64,000 nucleotides of DNA, from assembly GCA_000182565.2 (NCBI GenBank), contig KQ257453.1, one strand, 5' to 3'. Below the pieces are notes generated by a model. That model ran no database searches, was not told where the DNA came from, and saw nothing but the letters and a program-made list of their open reading frames with translations. Positions within the stretch are counted from its first letter, which is position 1, and every line of letters starts with the position of its first letter. The stretch comes from Spizellomyces punctatus DAOM BR117. Its lineage: Eukaryota. A program made the translations under genes and the position numbers. Positions 51,553 through 61,832 of this stretch are shown here, piece after piece.

Positions 51553-51669
51553 AAGCTGTGGTTTCGCGTCTACAAGCGACAACGTCGTGTTGACTGGTCG
51601 CATCTTCATTCAACATCGCGACGGTTTTCGACCTTTTTCCACAGATATCCTGCACCAAAAAAGATCACC

Positions 51670-52685
51670 ATGGTGGGTAATGTTCACTGCTGTGAGCAAA
51701 GAACTGATAGCTAACGGCTCCCCATTAGTCGATTATGGAGTATAACGGTTCGGCCATAATGGCCATGAAGGGCAAAAACTGTGTGGCGATCGCGGCAGAC
51801 CGCCGATTCGGTGTGCAGTTGATGACGCTTTCGACAGACTTTCAAAAGATTTTTCCTGTAACGGAAAAAGTCTACCTTGGACTTCCTGGCCTAGCCACCG
51901 ATGTGCAGACCTTGTACGTAAGGGTTGGAAAGTTTTGTTAGGGGCTGAGATGAACAGGCGTATATGGTACTTTTTTGGAGGACTAGATGGACTCTTGACA
52001 AGTACGGTGATGGACGTGGACTGTAGAGCTGAAATACGCGCTAGCCGAGTGCCCACATGACAGCACACATGTCGAACATGCAAGTTGACTAAACACTGAC
52101 AAATTGTGTCGTCTCTCCTTCCTGTAGAGCTGAGCGCTTTAGATTCAAGGTTAATATGTACAAATTACGTGAAGAAAGAGATATCAGTCCAAAAACTTTT
52201 GCGCATATGGTCTCCTCCACACTGTATGAGCGAAGGTACGTACGTTGAATGTACCTCCTGTATAGGATATGCCAAATCTGATATGGGGTTGCTGCAGATT
52301 TGGTCCATTCTTCTGCGAACCCGTCATTGCTGGACTAGAAAAGGATGGGACACCCTTTATCTGCTCCATGGACCTCCTTGGTTGTATAAACCACGCGAAA
52401 GACTTTGTCGTGAGTGGAACGGCGTCGAATCAGATGTACGGAACAGCGGAGGGACTATGGGAGCCGGAATTGGTAAGAATTTGCGTGCATTGACAGCTAC
52501 GTCTGTAAATATTGAACTTCTTCTCAATGTTAAATTTACAGGAGCCAGAGGACCTTTTCGAAACCATATCTCAGGCCATGCTGAGTGCTGTAGATCGTGA
52601 CGCCTCGAGCGGATGGGGGGTTATCGTTCATGTTATCACACCAGAGAAGGTTATTACGCGAACCTTGAAGGCGCGCATGGATTAG
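51670..52685 (+). CDS. PUP3: 20S proteasome beta-3 subunit
   Basis: [53 protein letters not shown]. Confidence 0.97.
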
Positions 52686-52880
52686 ATGCGGTCAAAGTGA
52701 CAATACAAAACCGGTGCTACTTGTACGCATTTTGTGCAATTTTCGATTTCTAATATAGGTTATTGAGCTTGGAACACAGTCTGTGGTGAGGTGATATTAA
52801 AAAGGTACATAAGCAGTACTAACAAAGACAGCACGTATGTGTACATTGCAGTGAATGCGGGTCCAATTTTATCATTGCAC

Positions 52881-55800
52881 TTAAGCGGTCACACCAGTGG
52901 CCTGGGTTCCCGCAGTTGGTAGTGCCGCCCCCGCTTGCGCACCACTGCCGCCTGTGGAGGAACTTGCGGTAACTCCAGGTCCTGACCCTGCCGGCGCAGC
53001 CCCAGTCTGATTCTTTGACTGCATCACATTGATCAAGATCTGAGCCTGTAGTTCCATTGCGGTTTGGTCCATCACGCCATATCCAGGCCCAAAAGCGCCA
53101 TCTGGCATTGGTGTACTTGGTGAAGCGCTCGACGAAACGAGTTTTCGGAGCTTATAAACGTTGACGGCTCCATTATCATCACCTGTTAGTACAGCAGGCG
53201 ACTTGGAAGCAAATATTATGGACGTCAGCCGTCGGTCGAGTACCGTGTGGAGAATTGCTGGGTCAAGCCTGCAGAGAAAATGCACTCAGGACTGATAAAA
53301 TGAGGGAGCCGCGGAAATCAGCGTGCAACTTACACGGATAATTGCAAATCCCATATTTCCATTCTTCCATCTGTCGATACACATCCGAACACGGTGGAAG
53401 AAGCAGGAGACCATGCCACATCTGTTATTGTGTCCTGTGCAGAGGAGTAAGATAGGTTGATCAATATGCCATTTCACGACAAGCCTCCCTTATCCTTACT
53501 TTGCCGCTTTGAAACTTAAACACCGGCTCTTCCATGTCCTGGTTCCATAACCGGACGGTCCAATCGCACGAGCATGATAAAAACGCTCCAGAGAGAAATG
53601 GCGACCACCGAATTCGATTTACTGGACCTGTATGCCCAAAGTACGTTGCAAGATATTGCTCATTGTATGAGCAAGAGCACCGATGAATGTGCCCGTCGTC
53701 CGTTCCGACCATGTAACTACATTATGAAAGCTGACTCAATAAGAGGAATACAAGAAAGCGCATGACCAGCACGCACATGTTATTATCTTTCGGATTGAAA
53801 TCAAAGCATAAACCACCCGACTGTCGGGCGATGAAAGAACCGGGTTTGTTTCCAGACCCAGCAGAGCCGGCAGCGGTACCTGCTGCGGCACCGGCCTTAA
53901 TTTCTTGCTGCTTCGTTACTCTCTTCAAGCTCATCAAATCTGACATACAGGATTAACATGCATGTTTACCGTTAGCGCAGTCAGGTTCCACCATACCTGT
54001 ATATTCTAAACCTTTCCTGATTAACCATTGAGTTACACGCCCATCAGTTGATACTGATACTAGCGTCTCGCCGCGTGCATGTTCGTCTCCACGCTCCCTT
54101 TCGACCCATCGAAGCTCCCAAATTGGATCGCGATGTTTTCCGGCGAGGTCGCTGGACAGAAAATCAGAGAAGTGTGGGTCCGTACTGCAAAAAGCAGATA
54201 CGGACAGTACCTGTTGTCCATTACTGGCTCATCTTCTTTCCTTCGCACGTCGTATATTGCTATTCGTCCGTCAACATAACCGCATGCAAGGAGATTGGGA
54301 GTGGACCGTGAAAAGTCAATCGCCGTCACTGGAGATTTTGATCGATAGATCCTTTCAGGCCACTATTACAAAAGGTGAGGAAATCGCTTGCCGAATCGAC
54401 CAGCAAGGGTAGTGTGCGAACCTCTGGATTTTTTACCGACCAGCACAATACCAGCCCTGCATGTGGATTTGGACCTGGTTTTTGCTCGCCGTAAGCAACC
54501 GCCAATATGTCCTTTTGAAGCATTTGCTCGTCAATCTAGGTGCAATTAATTGTCACCTGAATCACACCTACTTCATTTTCTTTGTTCCACACCAGAAATG
54601 ATACCGCCCGGCCGCGGGTAAGTTCACATCGGTATGACCACAGAAAGTCCACGGTGGGAATGCTGTCAACGTCTCGTTTGTCGTCTCGGGCTACCAAATG
54701 TTGTGATTTAAGTTCTTATCAGAGTCACTCGAAAGAATGTTGTCAGTACACACCTTTGTCACCTAGTGTGTATGATTTCAAGAAGGGTCTTTTGTTAGAG
54801 GACTGATCCTGTCAAATCCAATGGAGAGAACGTCCACATTACGCCCTACGTACCCGCAGCTGGACCACCTGGACTCGCACCCGGCAAACCTTCCGGAGTC
54901 TGGTCAAGTGCTTCCTGTCGAGCGGCAATTTCCCTTTGCTTTGCTTCTTCCGCGTCCATGACATTTCGGTATTGAAGGAGCTTCTTCTCAAAGTTATTGG
55001 CCACTACTGCGCGTTCCAAAACCAATAGGGAATTTTGCAAGTTCTTTTGATTTAACTGAATTAGAAGGAAGTATCTGTTAGAGGTATACCGTCAGGCAAT
55101 AAACGGTCGCTCCCTACGTACCCCAGCAAGGGTGACTTCAGGACCAGCTACAATGTCGCTCGCTACATCGACCATGTCCCCACCTCTATGCATTCCGGGT
55201 CCAATGCTCAAGCTATTACGCTTAGCGCCCGGTCCAACGCTCGCATACAGATCTGACATGGTTTCCCCTTCGGGTAGGAATACTGACCGTGACATCGCCC
55301 CTGCTGCATCAGACATAACCATAGAGCTACTGGCAAGCTTATTGCCTTGCAGCATAGAAGAATCGCCCACCGATCCCTGCAGTCCGATGGATGCAGGAGC
55401 CGATTGTTCACCAAGGTTGGACAAGGCCTCATTATCACCGTCCTTGCTTTTGTATTGGATGGACAGCAAATGAATTTTACAGTTATCGATGCAATTGGGT
55501 GGATTTGAATGTCCCTACCTGATACCTTCACTGGTCTTTTCTGTACCCTCCAAGTGATAAGCGTCGTAGATGCTCCATTGGGTTACCATACACTCGACGT
55601 TGACTCCCTTTGGTCCAGGTGCTTGAATTTCCTTTGTTTTCAGCGGATCATTGAAAGTCTGCATCCCGCGATCGACAAAGTTTTCATTGGCCGCTCGACT
55701 TTCAAGAACCTTTGGAGAAGTTGCATAAGACGCCAAATTGGTGCATCTCTTTGGCTTTTGTTAAACAAACCTCTTTGTATTTGGCGTTCGCTGCTCTCAC

Positions 55801-56689
55801 GGCTGTGGCTTCGTCTCCTGACTCATTGGACACCGTAACTGCAGTTATATCCAAGAGTGGGATGGTTTCTGTTTCGGTGAGGTTGATGTGCACAAGTTTG
55901 TTTAGCTCCGCTTCCCCAAGAGTCCGGGAAGTCGCGGCAGCTGCGACGGACACCCGGTCTTCTTTGAGTACTGTCAATAGATGTGGTTCAGACCTGATAC
56001 TCGAGGAATATGCAGGAGCTCAAACGGACGCTTTACATTCTTCTCTGTCTTCCGCAGATTCTGCGCTTCCCACTGAGCTTGCCTCATCCTCATCACCGCT
56101 CTCAGCCCCAGACATCCGGCTGGAACTCAAAAAGCTCATTCCCATCATTGCAGATCGCCCAAACACCGACTGATTCCATGATCCCACAGTCATAGATTCT
56201 AGGTTGTTTAACACATCGGCAACCGTTTCCTATTTCCATGAAGTGGTCGAGCGCTGAGCACCTCCGCATTGTGAACCAATTGGATCAGAAAGATCTTACC
56301 CGTGCAACGCTCGCCATACTACTAAGTTCTGTTGCGCTCGCACCTCCATGACCTTTTCGAACATGCCCGACTTGTTGCGGGGCTAGTAAGCTCAGCGGAG
56401 TAACATCATTCCCCTCCTCATCCAAGACCTGCACTGCCTTTTCTTGGACGGGTTTCCCATTTCGATCCAGCGTACTTTGTGATGCCCGAATTCGCTGCTG
56501 TGACCCCCGACCATATACTCCAGAAGAAATTGAAGATAAAGCATTTCGTGACCGTACTGATGGAGAGGCGGGTTCAAGTCGTGCGTGTGAAGCCGCTGAG
56601 GCATTGAGTACAGCGGTGGAGCGTCTCCCAGCTGGCTTCTGCAACCGGGCTTTAGACGCTGCAAGGTTTCCAGTTTTGGGTGGTTCCAT
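52881..56689 (-). CDS. DNAI4: Axonemal inner-arm dynein I1/f intermediate chain (WDR78/IC138)
   Basis: VLDEEGNDVTPLSL, INLTETETIPLLD, GMQTFN, DILAVAYG, WSVKNPE, VGTDDGHIHRCSCSYNEQYL, WD40 C-terminus. Confidence 0.88.
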
Positions 56690-56866
56690 CTAATTGCTTT
56701 CAGAACTTTGTACTATTCGGCTGGAAATATTTGCATTGGCAGCATCAACAAATAGGTTGGGATGGACTCTTAGCGTCGGAGTTTTGGGGGTGCTGCGCAA
56801 AGGACGCGTCCGTCAGCGTGTCGCTTGTCGCTGCTCTGCGTTTTTCAACCAGTTTCACGCAAAAGG

Positions 56867-58163
56867 ATGACCTCTGAGCCCAAGGACTATGATAACAGCT
56901 GGACGTATCGAGTCCCTCAAATACACAAAGAGTTGGGGGAGCCTGTGATAACAATTCGACATCTCTCAAAGAGTGGGTACAAATGCCATATGACTCGAAC
57001 CCATTGCTGACTCTGTTCCTTCCTGTAGCATACAATATCCCTGGCACAGATGAATCTGTTAAAGCTCTTCATGACATCCACCTCGCACCGGATTCAGAGT
57101 TCTATCCTATTCGCAGAGGTGAATTTGTGATTCTACGAGGACCAAGTGGTGGTGGGAAAACGACTCTACTCAACATCTTGGGCACGATTGATACGGCAAC
57201 CAGTGGTACTGTGGGTAAGTGAAGACAGCCAAGTCCTGCCTGTTTTGCATCATCAATTAATGTGTCTGGATACGGTAGAGCTTCTCGGGGAGGAAATATC
57301 AGAAATATCGTCCGATGCATACTTATCCGGCCTTCGCCTGCGGCGTATTGGTTTTGTGTTTCAGACATTCAACCTGTTGGGAACCATGTCTGCATTCGAG
57401 AACGTGGAGCTACCCATGACAATTCAAGGGAAGCTAGGGCATCGCCAACGGCAAGAACGTGCGCTGATGTTGCTAGAAAGTAAGTGCCGAACACTCATTT
57501 GCTCTTTGGATTGGTCATTGAGGTTCCACCAGCTGTCGGTTTACAAGATCGAATAGCACATCTCCCTTCCGAGCTTTCTGGTGGTGAACAGCAGCGAGTG
57601 TACGTTTTACCAAGAAAGTGCCAAGTATGTAAATATTTACATAAAATTCGTACAGTACAATAGCAAGAGCGCTGTCAAATGATCCAGACATCCTGCTTCT
57701 CGATGAACCCACCGGGGATCTCGACACCGCCAACACCATAGATATTATGAATCTACTTCTCAGAATCAATCGGGAAAAGAAGACAACATGCGTCATGGTA
57801 CGAAGGTTCGGTATGTTGTTCAAGAGACTGCCAACATAATATTGATTTGGCTCTGTCGTTGTTCACCTCCCATCACTGTAGGTAACGCACAATCCGGATG
57901 TCGAGTGTTACGCAGATCGTCTTCTCTATTTGGAGGATGGGCGGTTTGTAAAGCAAGCAGTGAACAAGGTTTGATTGAAATATCTGCGATTCATAGCATG
58001 AGAGCGCTGACGCATTTGCCTCCTTCTTTAGGTACAAACGCCATTGATTCTGGAAGAATATCAAGGTACAGTAGCATGATGAAGCTATCAGCTCGCAGGT
58101 TGCCCGATCTCGTAGGCTCACGACGTTACATCCGTAGAATACCTACGAAAAAAGGACGCGTGA
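56867..58163 (+). CDS. Stand-alone MacB/LolD/FtsE-family ABC ATPase (8 exons)
   Basis: Walker [11 protein letters not shown]-loop [17 protein letters not shown], signature LSGGEQQRV, Walker B/D-loop [12 protein letters not shown]-loop VTHN; no TM segment. Confidence 0.92.
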
Positions 58164-58316
58164 CATCCTTTTCACCAAATTTACAATCTTCATCGATAGC
58201 TCACATTCGAATTCTAGTATTCTATCTCTTGTTGAAAATGTACAGTACCGTGGGATACCTCCGGAACAACAGTCCCGGAAGCCAATATATATTATTATTC
58301 TTTCGCATCTTCGTTG

Positions 58317-61300
58317 CTATTCCATAACCTTATTATCATACACCACACGCCCCTGCGAGCAAAAACGTGAGTCACACAGGATAAGATCAGCTGCAGAGGC
58401 ACGCTACTAGCTGAAACTCACCTCAGCGTCTCTGACTTTCACCCGCCCATCGGACCATCGCATTTCCTCCGTACCATCCGGGTTTGAAATTTTCACCAAA
58501 CCATCTCCATAGTATTTTGTCCTAACTCCATTTAGGTACACCTCCTGCGAGAAACACAATGTATAAGAGGCCTATGGCTATCAAGGCATGTGGTCATCCT
58601 GCAATGTACCTTTATTCCGTTTGGATATTCCCACGTTTTCTTTCCATTCTCTTCAACACGTTGTATTCTCCCATCAGGAAAGAGGCTCTCCTCCTGTTCA
58701 TCAAATCATGCGACCGGTTCCATATTAGCTCTTCGATATATGCCCAGCTGCCTGTTGGCCATACTTACCTCGCCGTTGGTGAAGATGTATTTCACCGTTT
58801 TATCCGCGAAGACGATTTCGTTGGTCCCGTCAGGGTAATGCTTTTCCACCTGCCCATTAGAGAACTCGTACACCTGCAAGCCATCTTTATATGTCGTATG
58901 TAAGGTCCGTTGCTCGGTATACCAGTATACGATGCGACCGTCCGCGAACACCTGGTTAAGAAAATGACCGGAAACCGGACGTTGGTGAGCTATCAATTTC
59001 AAGCTGCCGAAGGGCTCATCTCAGGTGTGGGAATGGCCATTTCTTACCGTTTTTGAATCGCCGTTTGTGAAATGTATTACTATCAACTCGTCATCAGGAT
59101 GTACCTCCTTTAATGTACCATTGGAGTATCGGACGAGCTTTATTCCGTTCGCATATATACGCTCGAGTTTCCCATCGGACGTTGTCCGTTGCTTTATAAA
59201 GGTACACAACAGAATCAAAGAATGTTACATGCCGATTGTCATCCGGAAGGGTCTCATTACCTCAACACACCCTGAGAAGCTCAACCTTTTCTCAAGCGCG
59301 TCCAGCTCTGCCACGGCAGCCTTTGACTTAGCACTGTTCGAAATGGATCTTCGAGAGACCCGCTTTTTGGTGACTGCAGAGATGCTCTGCGTAGTAGAAC
59401 TGGGCGAAGGAGCAGAACTTCCGATTCGTTCCTCCTCACGGCTTGTCCATCCATTTGTGGGGGTTGATTCCGCACCCTTCACATGCTTAATGATAACAGG
59501 CTGGTGCTTTGCATAAACGGGCGGTCTGTGAACGGTTTCCTGCAAAGATCAAACTTAAGATAATGACTATCCCACATGAACAATGGTGGCACCTTACAAG
59601 ACAGGTTTGATTTCGCTCAACATATGCTGCACGTTCCTGTTCAAGAACCTTCACCTCCTCCTGCAGTTCCATATTTCTTCGAGTTAGATCTTCAACGCGT
59701 CGCTTCAAGCGGTCCTGAGCAAGAGTCATCCTGGACTCTTTCTCCTTAAAGCTAGCCTGCAGGGTCTCAATCTGCTTTCGAAGCAATTCGACATCTTGTC
59801 TCTCTCTAAGCGCATTTGTATGCATCAATATGTGACACTGTCGATTGATGGGCTAACAACCGAATCCACCTTTTAGTCGGCAAAATCTCAGCTGCCTTTC
59901 GCTGCTTTTCCCAAATTTTACGTTCTCTTTTAAGGTCTCGCAACGCGTCTTCTCGCATTTGATTGATCTTTTCGATTTCTTCCTGCTTGAACTTCTCGAA
60001 AGACTTCTGTTTACGTACCGAATACAACTAATGGCATGAGTACCGCCATTCATTTGAAGGCAAAAGGACACCAGAAAAACCGACCTTCTCGCCGTCCAGG
60101 ATCTTCATAGCTTGCTCGTTCTCGCGCGATCCTCGTCGAGTGAGATCGTCTGCTTTTTTGAACTTTTCAAGTTCCTGCTGCAAGTTCTGTACAACGGAAG
60201 CTCAGAATGGTGACTTCACATAAAAGATCTACGCTTCTTCACTGAACCTGGAGCTTCTGTTTCAATTCGTCTTCTATCGTCGACGTGGACTTTTTTGGTA
60301 GTCCGTCACTTGCTTCCTCCCCAAGTTTCCCTGGATCCTCTATTGCTATGAATTAGTCTGCTCTACAGCAGGTCTATCGCATACTGGCACTTATACTCGG
60401 CTGGCAGTTGCTCACCTGCAGGCTTGTTCAATTTTGGCCTCAGCCCCGGAAACAGGCTGTATAAAAGCCTTGAGGGACCAATCCCGGCGCTGGAGCTGTC
60501 TCCTTCACTAGCTTGTGCTTCTATATCTGAAGCATCTGCGATTGGTATGTCCACCCCATTTCCCGGATGCGCGCTATCCGGAACATTATCTAGACGGCCT
60601 ACATATTATTCGAACTTGCGTCAGTGCAAGGAAAGAAGGTCCATAACTACATCAACCGACCTGGCTGCTCCCCTTCCGAGAAGACTTTAGAGAGGAACCT
60701 CTTTGAGCTCGCCATAGGGCTGGTTACTTCTCTCCAGTTCTTCGGTTCATCTTCTTCCGTAATCTATTGCGTCGACGAATCAGCACTAACAGTCTCCAGG
60801 AAATACAGAGATACATTGCATACCAATGGTTTATCTTGCGAAGAGTTATTACGTCCTCGAAATCTACATCCATGCTGGACAATGAGAATGGAACGACGCG
60901 GATATTGTACATTTTAGAGGAGACAGTACCTGTGCATTGGATGTAACCCAGGGTCGGCAGTAAGATTGCCATTGGTTGAAGTCATCCTTGGGCGATTTGT
61001 TGTGGAAAGATTTTCGGCTGATGCTTTCGGGGAACAGTGACCACGGCCGTTCACCCGCCTTCCGACACTATCTGCTTCCTTTTTTGCACTATTATCCATC
61101 TCATTCGCGGGCCCTGTGGAAGCTCCTTCTTCCTCCTCATCGGATGTTGATCCCCCAAGAATCAGTCGTTCCAGTTCTTCGAACTCATCTCGCTGATCAG
61201 CAGCCGACCGTTGAATTTGATGCCATCTTTTTCTATTCGCCAGGCGGGCTGGAGTAAGAACTTGCGTTTCTAGTATTACATCGACATCGTCATTCTCTAT

Positions 61301-61658
61301 TGCTTTTTCGACCGCTGGATTTGCATTCTCGGTGAGTTCCTCTCGGCATGTGGGCGACGATCTCGGTGTCGAGATAGTTTTTAATGGAGAGCGATGCTGA
61401 GCGCGCTGTAGAAAGCAACAGCTTAGCAATTGTTAACCTGCACATAACGTAGATTCTTCTTTACATTAGAGCATGGGTTCGTGTCGTCTATTTTAAGCTG
61501 TCGATCCAGAAGTTCTTCAAAGGTTAATCCCGCAGGGCATATAGGTTTCTCTATATCAGCCTAGATCGAACCCCAAAAAAGTGTTAAGCGCTACACAAAG
61601 TAGGAAAATATGCGCCGCCCGCCTTACAGCGGAATACCCATTTCCTGCCTACCAGCAT
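58317..61658 (-). CDS. CENPJ: Centriolar protein SAS-4/CPAP (TCP10 C-terminal domain)
   Basis: N-terminal KPI...TFEELLDRQL (PN2-3-like), SRLLYSLFPGLRPK, coiled coil, G-box repeats (IHFTNGD, YEFSNGQVEKHYPDG); start inferred. Confidence 0.85.
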
Positions 61659-61703
61659 CTTTCCTTGCAAGTGAAATGAAATGCAGAGATCATTGCCTAG
61701 GTC

Positions 61704-61724
61704 GCGCGAAAATGGTAAGCGCGT
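61704..61724. promoter_or_regulatory. E2F/SBF-type site GCGCGAAAA plus ACGCG core in the SAS-4/POL12 divergent promoter
   Basis: GCGCGAAA is both an E2F site (TTTCGCGC) and an SCB (CGCGAAA); AGCGCGT at 61718-61724. Confidence 0.55.
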
Positions 61725-61832
61725 CCACCAAAGGATGGTCCGAAAGTTGACTCGAACCGGCTTGCTTCGGACATGACCAAGCGGAACTTGGGGTTTGCGA
61801 CAAACGTATTTGGACCATCTCGTCAAGACAAG

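Noticed and set aside
56867-58163. Bacterial contamination as the source of the LolD/MacB-like ATPase
   Set aside because: Seven canonical GT-AG introns in phase and contiguity with eukaryotic genes.
7072-61658. A dedicated ciliary gene cluster
   Set aside because: Six cilia/centriole genes are interspersed with unrelated housekeeping genes; density may be ordinary for a chytrid genome.
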